Of a stretch of DNA of 64,000 nt, positions 13,008-22,338 are shown one piece after another. Positions within the stretch are counted from its first letter, which is position 1. Every line of letters begins with the position of its first letter. Under the pieces are notes generated by a model. The model was not told the origin of the DNA. It saw only the letters and a list, made by a program, of their open reading frames with translations, and searched no databases. A program made the position numbers and the translations under genes. The stretch is from positions 215,787-279,786 of the forward strand of contig CAXULY010000001.1 of the NCBI GenBank assembly GCA_964252075.1, in the 5' to 3' direction. This DNA is from an uncultured Deinococcaceae bacterium (GTDB taxonomy: Bacteria > Deinococcota > Deinococci > Deinococcales > Deinococcaceae).

Positions 13008-14464
13008 TGGCGGACGTCACCCTCGGTCTGGACCTCGGCACCAGCGGCGTCAAGGTCGTGGCGCTCACCGCCGGAGGTGAGACCCTCGCCGAGGCGATGC
13101 GCCCCTACCCGCTCCTCACGCCGCACCCTGGCTGGACGGAGCAGCGCCCCGAGGACTGGGAGGCCGCGACACTCGCCGCACTCGCGGACGTCGCGGCGCA
13201 GCTGAAGGCCGCGGGGCACACGCCGCTGGCGCTCGGCCTGAGCGGCCAGATGCACGGCCTCGCGGCGCTCGACGCGCAGGGGCGCCCCGTGCGCCCAGCG
13301 CCGCTCTGGAACGACGCGCGCACGGGCGGCGCGGTGCGTGAACTGGAGGCGCGCGTCCCGCGCGCGGACCTCATCGCGCGCACGGGCAACCGGGCGGTGG
13401 CGGGCTTCCAGGTGCCGAAGCTGCTGTGGCTGCGCGAGGCGGAACCCGAGGCGTTCGCGCGCGTGCGCCACGCCCTGCTCCCCAAGGATTACCTCGGCTT
13501 CGTGCTCACGGGCGAACTGCACACCGAGCCGAGCGACGCGTCCGGCGTCGGCGCGCTGAACCTCAGCACCCGCCGCTGGGACGCCGACGTGCTGCGCGCG
13601 CTCGACCTCTCCCCCAGCCTGTTCCCGGAGGTGCTGGACTCCACGGCCGTCACGGGTCGGCTCACGCCGGGCGCGGCGGCCCGGACGGGCCTCCCGGCGG
13701 GCCTGCCGGTGGTGGCGGGCGGCGGGGACAACGCGGCGGCGGGTGTGGCGCTCGGCCTGAGTGCCGCGCGGCCCGAGACGGGCAGCCTCAGCCTCGGGAC
13801 GAGCGGCGTGCTGTTCGCGCCCCTCACCGAACCCACACCCGACCCGGAGGGCCGCGTGCACCTCTTCGCGCACGCGGACGGCGGTTACAACCTGCTGGGC
13901 GTCACGCTCGCCGCGGCGGGCGCCCTGCAGTGGCTGCGCGACAAACTCGCGCCCGACACCAGCTTCGCCCAGCTGCTGGACGAGGCCGCCAGCGCCCCCG
14001 CCGGAGCGGGCGGCGTGACGTTCCTGCCGTACCTGTCCGGCGAACGCAGCCCGCACATGAGCCCCGACCTGCGCGGCGCGTGGACGGGCCTCAGCCTCGC
14101 CAGCGGGCGCGCCGAACTGACGCGAGCGCTGCTGGAAGGCACGGCCTTCGCGCTCGCCGACACGCACGACGTGATGCGCCCCCTCTCGAACGTGACGCGG
14201 CTGCTCTCCACGGGCGGCGGCGCGCGCAGCGACTTCTGGCTGGGCCTCGTGGGCGGCGCGACGCAGCTGGAGGTGCAGCGCAGCGCGCGCGAGCCGGGCG
14301 CCGCGGACGGCGCCGCCATCCTCGCCATGCCGGAAGCCGGCCTGCACCCTACCCTGACCGCCGCCATGGACGCCCTGCGCCCGCTCGGGGAGGCCGTCCC
14401 CAACATCGACTCTGGTGAGGCCCGCGCGCGGTACAGGGACACGTACCGCCACCTGTACGGCTGA
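13007..14464 (+). CDS. xylB: Xylulokinase
   Basis: [46 protein letters not shown] coupling to xylA. Confidence 0.94.
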   Translation: MADVTLGLDLGTSGVKVVALTAGGETLAEAMRPYPLLTPHPGWTEQRPEDWEAATLAALADVAAQLKAAGHTPLALGLSGQMHGLAALDAQGRPVRPAPLWNDARTGGAVRELEARVPRADLIARTGNRAVAGFQVPKLLWLREAEPEAFARVRHALLPKDYLGFVLTGELHTEPSDASGVGALNLSTRRWDADVLRALDLSPSLFPEVLDSTAVTGRLTPGAAARTGLPAGLPVVAGGGDNAAAGVALGLSAARPETGSLSLGTSGVLFAPLTEPTPDPEGRVHLFAHADGGYNLLGVTLAAAGALQWLRDKLAPDTSFAQLLDEAASAPAGAGGVTFLPYLSGERSPHMSPDLRGAWTGLSLASGRAELTRALLEGTAFALADTHDVMRPLSNVTRLLSTGGGARSDFWLGLVGGATQLEVQRSAREPGAADGAAILAMPEAGLHPTLTAAMDALRPLGEAVPNIDSGEARARYRDTYRHLYG

Positions 14465-14467
14465 AGG

Positions 14468-15409
14468 TCAGCGCCAGTGCGGGCCCTTATGGAACGCCAC
14501 CCCGCGCCGCTCCAGGCGCTCGTGAATGAGGGCGGTGTTCAGCGCGATGGCCGTCAGGGTGCCTTTGGAGGCCGCCGCCACCACGTACTGCGGGGGGCCC
14601 GTGAGGTCCCCCGCCGCGTACACGCCCGGCACCGTCGTCTCGCCCGTCTCCGTGACGCGCAGGTGATGCCCGTCGTGCACGCAGCCCAGCTGACGCCCCA
14701 GGTCACTCGCGGGCTCCTGGCTCGGCGTCAGCACCATCAGGTCGGCGGGCACGGGTGGAGCGCCCTCTAGGCACACGTGCGAGAGCGCCGTTCCCGCCCC
14801 CTCCAGGTGCGTCACGGGCGCCTCCACGACCGGCACCGCCAGACGCTCGAAATCCTGCAGTTGCTCCGCCGTGAAGTCGTGCGGGCCGTCCGTGAGGACC
14901 GTCACGTGCGGCGTCCACAGCTGCAGGGTGAGGGCCATGTGGTGCGCGGAGTTGCCGCGCCCGTACACCACCGCGCGGCGGTCCTGGTACTCCCAGCCGT
15001 CGCAGTACGGGCAGTGAATGACGGTATGCCCCCAGCGTTCCCGCACGCCCGGCACATCCGGCAGCAGGTCGCGCACGCCATACGCGAGGAGCAGGCGACT
15101 CGCGGCGTGCACCGCGCCGCCCTCCAGCGTCACCTCGAAGCCGCCCTGGACCGCCTGAGCCCGCACTGCCTTCCCGTTCACCACCTGCACCGCGTACCCC
15201 GCCAGTTGCTCGCACGCAATGCGGTGCAGTTCGGCGGGCGACGCGCCGTCGCGGGTGTACAGGCCGTGCGCGGCGCCCGTCGGGGCGTTGCGGCCCAGGC
15301 CGCCGTCCAGCAGCAGCACGCGCCGCCGCGCGCGCCCCAGCTCCAGCGCCGCACTCGCGCCCGCCGGACCCGCGCCGACCACCAACACGTCGAATTCAGG
15401 AGCGGCCAT
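14468..15409 (-). CDS. Thioredoxin-reductase-like NAD(P)/FAD oxidoreductase
   Basis: VVGAGPAG, HCPYCDGWE, TTVPGVYAAGD. Confidence 0.88.
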   Translation of the reverse strand: MAAPEFDVLVVGAGPAGASAALELGRARRRVLLLDGGLGRNAPTGAAHGLYTRDGASPAELHRIACEQLAGYAVQVVNGKAVRAQAVQGGFEVTLEGGAVHAASRLLLAYGVRDLLPDVPGVRERWGHTVIHCPYCDGWEYQDRRAVVYGRGNSAHHMALTLQLWTPHVTVLTDGPHDFTAEQLQDFERLAVPVVEAPVTHLEGAGTALSHVCLEGAPPVPADLMVLTPSQEPASDLGRQLGCVHDGHHLRVTETGETTVPGVYAAGDLTGPPQYVVAAASKGTLTAIALNTALIHERLERRGVAFHKGPHWR

Positions 15410-15580
15410 GACCGTCAGTGTGGAGGCCCCTGCGGACGCCCACTTCAGCGCCCTTCACAATCCGAAACGCAGCGCAAGGTCCGATGAAGGGCGCCCGGAC
15501 CCAGGGCGTGCCGTGGACCGCCCGTCGGTGACCACTCGCCTCCGAAACCTCGGGGCGCACGCTGAGTACCGTTCGAACGC

Positions 15581-16258
15581 TCAGCGTGCGCCGGGCCGCA
15601 CCGTCACGTCCATCAGAACCGCGTCCCTGGGGGCCTCCAGCACGAAGCGGACGGTGGCCGCCACGCTCTCCGGGCGGATGTACGCGCCCTCGTCGAAGGC
15701 GCCCTGCTCCTGCGCCCGCACCTTGCGCTGCATGTCCGTCACGGTGCGGCCGGGGTACACGGTCGTCACGTGCACGCCGGCCGCCGCCTCCTCGGCGCGC
15801 AGGCTGTCCGCGAGGGCGCGCAGGGCGAACTTGCTGGCGGCGTAACTGCCCCAGCCCGGACTCGCGGCGAGGCCCGCCCCGGAATTGATGAACACCACGT
15901 GTCCCCGCTCCGCGCGCAGTCGTGGGAGGAGCGCGCGCGTGAGGGCGGCGGGGGCCACCACGTTCACGGCCAGGGTGTCCGACCACATCTCGTGCGACTG
16001 CTCCGCGACGGTGCCCAGCTCAATCACGCCCGCGTTGTGAATCACGTTCGTGACCGGGCCGAGCTCCGCGAGGGCCGCCCCGAAGGTCTCGGGGCGGCGC
16101 AGGTCCAGGGTCAGGGCGCGGGCGGTGGGCAGTTCCGCCCGCAGGGCCTCCAGCCGCGCGGGGTCGCGCCCGGTCAGCATGAGGTCGTGGTGACGGAGTT
16201 CCCGCGCGAGGGCGATCCCGATGCCGCCCGTCGCGCCGGTGATGAGGGTGACTGGCAT
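15581..16258 (-). CDS. Short-chain dehydrogenase/reductase
   Basis: ITGATGGIG, HNAG, YAASKFAL; TAGAAT 7 nt upstream of ATG. Confidence 0.9.
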   Translation of the reverse strand: MPVTLITGATGGIGIALARELRHHDLMLTGRDPARLEALRAELPTARALTLDLRRPETFGAALAELGPVTNVIHNAGVIELGTVAEQSHEMWSDTLAVNVVAPAALTRALLPRLRAERGHVVFINSGAGLAASPGWGSYAASKFALRALADSLRAEEAAAGVHVTTVYPGRTVTDMQRKVRAQEQGAFDEGAYIRPESVAATVRFVLEAPRDAVLMDVTVRPGAR

Positions 16259-16294
16259 GACGCCGATTCTAGGCGGGTTGGGCACCGCTGATGG

Positions 16295-16375
16295 ACCGCG
16301 CCCGGCAGGGAATGACCGGGAGCCGGCTCAACCCAGCGGGCGAGGCGTCTGGCCCAGCACTCCTCCAGGCGCGGT
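16295..16375 (-). ncRNA. Candidate small structured RNA
   Basis: TAAGAT box (16387-16382); +7 falls on the first base of an 11-bp terminal stem ACCGCGCCUGG/CCGGGCGCGGU with further internal pairing. Confidence 0.4.
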
Positions 16376-16430
16376 GACGGGATCTTAAGGTCAGCGTGCT
16401 TTCAGCATCCGCAGGCGCCCCTGGCAGGCA

Positions 16431-17825
16431 TTACCCGGCGAGCCACACGTAGCGCGCGATCAGCAGGGCCGCCACCAAGTACAGCAGGGGATGCACCTGT
16501 CGCCCGCGCCCACTGAGCAGCTTGATGAGGGCGTAACTGATCACGCCGAAACTCACGCCGTTCGCGATGCTGTACGTGAGCGGCATGGCGATCACCGCGA
16601 GGAACGTCGGGATGGCCTCGCTCAGGTCGTCCCAATTCACCTCGCGCAGGCCGCCCAGCATGAGGGCGCCCACCAGGATGAGGGCCGGGGCGGTCGCGGA
16701 GGCGGGAATGGCGGCGGCGAGCGGCCACAGGAACATGGCGAGCAGGAACAGCACGCCGACCGTCACGGCGGTCAGGCCGCTGCGCCCGCCCTCCTCGATG
16801 CCGCTCGCGCTCTCGATGTACGCGGTGGTGGTGCTGGTCCCCATGAACGCGCCGAACATCGCGGCGAGGCCGTCCATCGCGAAGGTGCGGCGCGCGCGCG
16901 GCATGTTGCCCTGCGCGTCCAGGTACCCGGATTTCTGCGCGAGGCCCGTGAGGGTGCCCGTCGCGTCGAAGAAATCCACGAAGAAGAACGTGAACACCAC
17001 ACCCAGCAACCCCAGGCCGAGCGCGCCCGACAGGTCCATCTGCCCCACGAGGCCCAACGGCCACACGGGCGCCGCGAAGATGCCCGCGAAACTCCCCGTG
17101 AAGCCCTGGAAGGGTTGCAGGCCACCGTTCGCGCCGCCCGCGTACACGGGCGCGCGGAACACGATGGCGATGAGGCTCGTCGCGAGGATGCCCCACAGGA
17201 TCGCGCCCGTCACGCGCCGCACCATCAGCACCGCCGTCACGATGAGGCCCAGCACCGCGATTAGCACGGGCGCGCTCGTGAACGCCCCGAGCGCCACGAA
17301 GGTCGCGGGGTTCGACACCACCACGCCCGCATTCTTGAAGCCAATGAACGCCAGGAACGCCCCGATGCCGGCCGTGATCGCGAACTTCAGGCTGTGCGGG
17401 ATGGCGCGCACCACCGCCTGCCGCGCGCCCAGCACGCTCAGCACCACGAACAGCAGGCCGGAGACGAACACCGCGCCGAGCGCCGTCTGCCACGGAATCT
17501 TCTGCCCCAGCACCACCGTGAAGGCGAAGAAGGCGTTCAGGCCCATGCCGGGCGCCTGCGCGAACGGGTACTTCGCGACGAGGCCCATCACGAGACTCCC
17601 GAAGGCCGCCGCGAGCGCCGTCACGATCAGGAGCTGCACGAAGGCGTTCGGGATGGGGATCGCCTGACTGAGCGTCTGCGGGTTCACGAACAGGATGTAA
17701 CTCATGGTGAGGAACGTCGTGAGGCCCGCGCGCACCTCGCGCGGGATGCTGGTGCCGAGGGCCGTCAGGCCGAAGTACCGGTCGAGGGCGCCCCTCGGCA
17801 CGGCCTGGGTGGGTGTCTGCTGCAT
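16431..17825 (-). CDS. NCS2 family purine permease (AzgA/PbuG type)
   Basis: AGLTTFLTMSYILFVNP, APGMGLNAFF, DFFDATGT, YIESASGIEEGGRSG. Confidence 0.92.
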   Translation of the reverse strand: MQQTPTQAVPRGALDRYFGLTALGTSIPREVRAGLTTFLTMSYILFVNPQTLSQAIPIPNAFVQLLIVTALAAAFGSLVMGLVAKYPFAQAPGMGLNAFFAFTVVLGQKIPWQTALGAVFVSGLLFVVLSVLGARQAVVRAIPHSLKFAITAGIGAFLAFIGFKNAGVVVSNPATFVALGAFTSAPVLIAVLGLIVTAVLMVRRVTGAILWGILATSLIAIVFRAPVYAGGANGGLQPFQGFTGSFAGIFAAPVWPLGLVGQMDLSGALGLGLLGVVFTFFFVDFFDATGTLTGLAQKSGYLDAQGNMPRARRTFAMDGLAAMFGAFMGTSTTTAYIESASGIEEGGRSGLTAVTVGVLFLLAMFLWPLAAAIPASATAPALILVGALMLGGLREVNWDDLSEAIPTFLAVIAMPLTYSIANGVSFGVISYALIKLLSGRGRQVHPLLYLVAALLIARYVWLAG

Positions 17826-17910
17826 GCCTTCTCTTTCTGTTCGCCTCACGCGGCGAACACCCTGAAGTCCGGGGTGGCCCGCCTCACGCGGCGAAACCGC
17901 CGCGAGGCTA
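17826..17910 (-). promoter_or_regulatory. Structured 5'UTR with twin GCGUGA-loop hairpins
   Basis: 15-bp direct repeat GCCTCACGCGGCGAA at 17843 and 17881; TAGCCT box upstream on the minus strand. Confidence 0.55.
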
Positions 17911-17963
17911 CCAAATTCCGGGCGGCGCGGGGTGAACGCCCGGCCCGCCGCGCGACCCAACGA

Positions 17964-17994
17964 CAGCGCCCGACCCACGAGGGGTCGGGCGCTG
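17964..17994 (-). terminator. Strong hairpin downstream of the nuclease gene
   Basis: 13-bp stem CAGCGCCCGACCC/GGGTCGGGCGCTG; weak U-tract. Confidence 0.6.
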
Positions 17995-18006
17995 AGGGCC
18001 TGATGA

Positions 18007-21000
18007 TTACTGGCAGGGGTGGAGCGTGGTCGCGCTGTTGCGGGGTGCGGGCGCGCCGACCGTAAAGTCGGTGCTGTTGTCGCCGGTGTCCGTGCAGCCC
18101 TGCGCGTTGCGGCTGGCAGCGGTGGTGTTGCTGAGGGCCGCGACGGCGAGCCCTTCGGCTTCGTTCACGCTGCCGTACCCCACGAAGTCCAGCACGTCCG
18201 CGTCGCTGCGGCCCGTGATGGCCTCGGTGTTCCCGACGAGCGCAATCTTGCCGTTCGTGCCGCTGAGCGCCAGGCTACCGGTGGCGTCCGGCGAAGGGAG
18301 GGCCGGCGCGGCGGTGTTGGCGCCCGCCGCGAGCTGCACGAGGTAGTACCCGCCCGCGGGGATGTTCGCGCTGGGCAGGGTGAGGAGGCTGAAGCTGAAC
18401 GCGCTGAAGGTGCCGCTCGCGGAGGCGTACTGGAGGCTCTTGCCGCCCAGGGCGATGGGGGCCGCGGTGGGGTTGAAGAGCTCGACGTAGTCGTTGCGGT
18501 AGGGGGCGCCGCTGTTGCCACCCCCGCCGTACACCGCGCTGATGACGAGGCTGGCGGCGGTGCTGGGCGCGGCGTTCACCGTGACGTTCACGGTGGCGGT
18601 CTTGGTGTCGCTGCCCTTCACGCCGGTCACGGTGAGGGTGTAGCTGCCCGCCGTGCTGAAGGTGTGGGTGGCGCTGGTGGCGCCGGCGCTCAGGTCCTCG
18701 TCGGCGGTGCCGTCGCCCCAGTTCACCTTGAGCGTGTCGGGCGTGGCGCTGGTCGAGATGTTCAGGGTGTACACCTGGCCCGCCGTGACGGTCGCCGCGC
18801 CATTCGCGTTCACGGTGAACGCCGGGGTGGGGTCCGCGTCGTGCGTGAGGTTCAGGCCGACCAGCACGGGGTCGTGGTCGCTGGCGCGAAAGGCGTTGTC
18901 CTGCCACAGGTCCTGTCCCTGGCAGGTGTTCTTGTCGCTGTCCGTGCCGACCACGCACTGCGGAATGTTCTTGTACTCGGCGTTGTAATCGGCGGCGATG
19001 GGTTCGTCGCTGTTGATGTGCCACTCCGTGATGCCCGCCACCTGCGCGTCCAGGCTGGTGCTGGCGAGCGCGTGGTCGAGGTACCCGAAGCTGCCGCTGA
19101 ACTGGTAGCTGTAGCGGTCCTCGGCGGGGATGCGGAGGTTCTCGCTCACGAAGCCGCCAGCCGTGATGGTCTTGATGGGGTCCTCGGCGCCGTAGCTGTT
19201 GAAGTCACCCATCAGCAGCACGTCCTGGTCGCCGCTCGTCTGCTTGAGCTGCGAGACGAAATTCAGCAGGGCGTTCGCCTGATCCACGCGTTTGGCGTTC
19301 CAGCAGCCCTGGCCCTGGTCAGTGTCGCCGCTGGTGGGGCAGCTGCCCTTGCTCTTGAAGTGATTCGCGACAACCGTGAACACGCCGCCGGTGGCCTTGT
19401 CACGGAAGGTCTGCGCGACGGGCGGGCGGCTGTACACGCTGTTGTTGTCCACCGCGTACCCGCCGACCAGATCCACCTTCGCGGGCTTGTAGATGATCGC
19501 GGCCTTGATGACGTCCGTGCCGATGGTGCCGGTCAGGACGGGGGCGTAGGTGCCGGGTGCGGTGGCGGCGTTCAGGGCGTCCACCAGGTTCTGCAGGGTG
19601 GTGTCGCCGTTGTTCTGGACTTCGGAGAGGGCCAGCACGTCGGCGTTCAGGCCGAGGAGGGCCTTCACAATCTTGGTGCGCTGGCGGTTGAACTCGAACT
19701 CGCTGTTGGCGCCGCGCAGGGTGCTGTTGTAGCTGGGGTTCAGGTCCGTGAAGAAGTTCAGGACGTTCGCGCCGCCCACCCGCAGGCTGCCGGGCACCGC
19801 GTCCGGCTGCGCCTGGCGCGCGTTGCTGTTCGTGAAGGCAGGTGCCACGGTGGGTTCGACCTTGTACGCGCTGTTCGCGTAGTGCAGCACGCCTGTGAGG
19901 TTCGCGAGGGTGTCGCCCGTGCGGAGGGTGAGGTCGGCGTTCAGGTACGGGATGGGGTTGGGAAAGGTGGCGCTGCTCACGTCATCCACGCGGATGCGGC
20001 GCAGGTTGTCGTCGGTGCCCGCGTCCGTGCCATTGCCATTCGTCTTGTTGAAGACGCGGCCCCCGCTGGACAGACCGACCTCGCCGTAGTTCTCGTAGCG
20101 GTAGTTGTCGGTGACCGTCAGGGTCTCGGGCACCGTCACGAGCATGCCTTCCACCCGCTCCAGTGCGGTGGCGCTGGTGAGCGGGAAGCTCACGACGGTC
20201 GGCTGGGGCAGGGTGCCCGCGCCGCAGTCCGTGAAGCCCGTGATGGTGTCGAGTTCGGTGGTGCCGTTGAACTCGGAGACCTTGCCCGCGAGCTGCACGA
20301 GGTCCCCGGCCTGCACGCTCTGCGGGGCCGTGTTGGTGTACACGAACACGCCGTCACTGGTGGCAGGGTCGCTGTCCGGCTGGGCGTCCTGCACGAAGAA
20401 GCCCTTGAGGCCCGCCTGCGCGTCAAGCGTGACCACGCCGCGCACCGTGACGGTCTGCCCGGCGAGGGGGCTGGCGTCGCCGCTGCCCTGCACCGCGCCG
20501 ATGTTCGTCAGGGTGCCGGTGGGGACGGGGCAGTTGGCGGTGCCGCCCGCCGTGAACGGGAGGGTGAAGGTGTTTTCGCCGTCCTTGGTGGTGCTGATGC
20601 TCTGCGCGGCGCCCGTGGTGGTCTGCCCGCCCGTGATGGCCTTGAGGGTCACGGTGTACGTGAAGTCGGTGGGGAGCCCGAGCGCGCCGCCCCAGGTGCC
20701 GTCCGGGCGGGGGGCGAGTTCCAGGGTGTACTGCGCCTTGAGGTCCTGGCGGCGCACCCGCTGCGCGGCGAGGGGCGCGTCAATGACGGCCTGCACGCGC
20801 TCGGTGCCCGCCGGCAGGCCGGTCGCGGTGAGGGCCGTGGAGACGATGGGCGCGCCGACATCCACCGTGACGGGGGGGCTGGCGGTGTCGACGACGCTCA
20901 CGGTCGCGGACCCCGTGGCGCTGAGGTTCGCGTCGTTCGTGACGGTGACGTTCACGTTCTGGCTGCCCGCCGCGCTGTACGTGTGCGTGTAGGTGCCGTC

Positions 21001-21792
21001 CAGGCTGTTGCCGCTGACCGTGGGGGTATCGCTGCTGCCGTCGCCCCACTCGATTTTCAGCGTCTTGAGGGTCTGGCTGGTTCCGGCGCTGGCCTGCACG
21101 CGCACGGTGTACGCCTCGCCCTTCTTAACGCTGGCCGGGCCGCTCACGGACGTGACGCTCGGTGCGGCCGCCTGCACGTCCGCGAGGGCCACCGTGACGT
21201 TCTGGTCCTGCTCGCTGAGGTTCAGGGTGGCGCTCCCCTGCTGCTGCAGCGCGCCGCTGCTGGTGCGGCCCTCGACGAGCACGTTCAGGTTCCGCGCGGT
21301 GGGGACGCCCTGCAGGGTGCCGGTGGCGGTGCTGCCGTTCACGAGCAGGCGCGCTTCGAGGCCGCCGACCTTGGCGACCAGCACGTTGCTTTTCGCGGTG
21401 ACGCCCGTGGCGTTCACGGTGATGGCGCTCGTGGTGCGGTTCATCTTCAGGGCGATGGGCGCGTCGCTCTGCACGTTCACGCTGACGGTCGCCTTGTACA
21501 GCACGATCTGCTGGTCGGCGTTGTCGTAGCCGCGCGCCGTGAGGGTGTAGCGGCCCTTCGCGATGTTCGGGAGGGTCACGCTGGCGGTGCCGTCCTGAAT
21601 GGTGAGCGGGTACGTGTGGCTGTCCGGCGCGGTGGCAGGGTCATCGCCGTGCAGGTCGAGGGTCACGTTCGTGACCTGGGCGGGAATGGAGAGCACCTGG
21701 ATTCGGGCGGCGCCCGCGCCGTTCGGCGTGGGCGTCTGGGCGCACGCGGCGAGCAGCAGGGCGGCACTCACGGTCAGTAGGGATCTACGCAT
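18007..21792 (-). CDS. ExeM/NucH-family extracellular endonuclease lipoprotein with PKD/Ig, OB-fold, EEP and LTD domains
   Basis: Lipobox LLAAC; GFFVQD...TSDGVFVY; NVLNFF, NHFKSKG, MGDFNSY, LDHAL, RASDHDPV; C-terminal VISAVYGGGGNSG...DYVELFN. Confidence 0.92.
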   Translation of the reverse strand: MRRSLLTVSAALLLAACAQTPTPNGAGAARIQVLSIPAQVTNVTLDLHGDDPATAPDSHTYPLTIQDGTASVTLPNIAKGRYTLTARGYDNADQQIVLYKATVSVNVQSDAPIALKMNRTTSAITVNATGVTAKSNVLVAKVGGLEARLLVNGSTATGTLQGVPTARNLNVLVEGRTSSGALQQQGSATLNLSEQDQNVTVALADVQAAAPSVTSVSGPASVKKGEAYTVRVQASAGTSQTLKTLKIEWGDGSSDTPTVSGNSLDGTYTHTYSAAGSQNVNVTVTNDANLSATGSATVSVVDTASPPVTVDVGAPIVSTALTATGLPAGTERVQAVIDAPLAAQRVRRQDLKAQYTLELAPRPDGTWGGALGLPTDFTYTVTLKAITGGQTTTGAAQSISTTKDGENTFTLPFTAGGTANCPVPTGTLTNIGAVQGSGDASPLAGQTVTVRGVVTLDAQAGLKGFFVQDAQPDSDPATSDGVFVYTNTAPQSVQAGDLVQLAGKVSEFNGTTELDTITGFTDCGAGTLPQPTVVSFPLTSATALERVEGMLVTVPETLTVTDNYRYENYGEVGLSSGGRVFNKTNGNGTDAGTDDNLRRIRVDDVSSATFPNPIPYLNADLTLRTGDTLANLTGVLHYANSAYKVEPTVAPAFTNSNARQAQPDAVPGSLRVGGANVLNFFTDLNPSYNSTLRGANSEFEFNRQRTKIVKALLGLNADVLALSEVQNNGDTTLQNLVDALNAATAPGTYAPVLTGTIGTDVIKAAIIYKPAKVDLVGGYAVDNNSVYSRPPVAQTFRDKATGGVFTVVANHFKSKGSCPTSGDTDQGQGCWNAKRVDQANALLNFVSQLKQTSGDQDVLLMGDFNSYGAEDPIKTITAGGFVSENLRIPAEDRYSYQFSGSFGYLDHALASTSLDAQVAGITEWHINSDEPIAADYNAEYKNIPQCVVGTDSDKNTCQGQDLWQDNAFRASDHDPVLVGLNLTHDADPTPAFTVNANGAATVTAGQVYTLNISTSATPDTLKVNWGDGTADEDLSAGATSATHTFSTAGSYTLTVTGVKGSDTKTATVNVTVNAAPSTAASLVISAVYGGGGNSGAPYRNDYVELFNPTAAPIALGGKSLQYASASGTFSAFSFSLLTLPSANIPAGGYYLVQLAAGANTAAPALPSPDATGSLALSGTNGKIALVGNTEAITGRSDADVLDFVGYGSVNEAEGLAVAALSNTTAASRNAQGCTDTGDNSTDFTVGAPAPRNSATTLHPCQ

Positions 21793-22094
21793 ACAACTCC
21801 TGAGGTGAAGGATGTGACAACCGGGTCAAGCTCTCACCGTCCTGTCAGTGCAGGATCAGGGCGGGCGACGTCCGCCCGCGTGCTCGCGCGTGGCGTTGGG
21901 CGCGCGGGTTTCAGTCGCTGGTGGGTGAGCCCCACGATGATACGTGAACGAGGCGGCGATGGGCATTCAGTGAATCCTCAAGCGCGTCTCAAGATCACTT
22001 TCAGTTCGCGTAAAGGGCCGCTGGGGTTTCGCGTCAGCTTGGCTGCCTACACTCCGGTCAACACAAGAGCTTCACCAGCAAAGGAGGATGTGTG

Positions 22095-22280
22095 ATGTCG
22101 ACCTTTACGATTTACATGATTGGTGTGGTGGTGCTGATCATCGCGCTGTTCGTCGCGGGAAGCACCTTCAACTGGCCCATGACCTACGTCGCGATCGGCG
22201 CGATCGTGCTGCTGGGCATCGGGATTCTGTCGGGCGTGAGCAGCACCAAGCGCCGCGACCCGCCCGCGGGCGAGCAGTAA
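22095..22280 (+). CDS. Small two-TM membrane protein
   Basis: AAGGAGG RBS; two hydrophobic helices and a basic tail. Confidence 0.8.
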   Translation: MSTFTIYMIGVVVLIIALFVAGSTFNWPMTYVAIGAIVLLGIGILSGVSSTKRRDPPAGEQ

Positions 22281-22287
22281 CCGCGCA

Positions 22288-22331
22288 GCGAAGAGGCGGC
22301 GCCCACGCGAGCGTGGGCGCCGCCTCTTCGC
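22288..22331. terminator. Long perfect hairpin between convergent genes
   Basis: GCGAAGAGGCGGCGCCCACGC-ga-GCGTGGGCGCCGCCTCTTCGC. Confidence 0.75.
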
Positions 22332-22338
22332 GCGGTCC

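Noticed and set aside
18019..21780. 1253-aa plus-strand ORF, and similar long antisense ORFs such as 1977-4703, 9411-11798 and 27277-29397
   Set aside because: Shadow frames of real genes caused by high-GC codon bias; no motifs or RBS.
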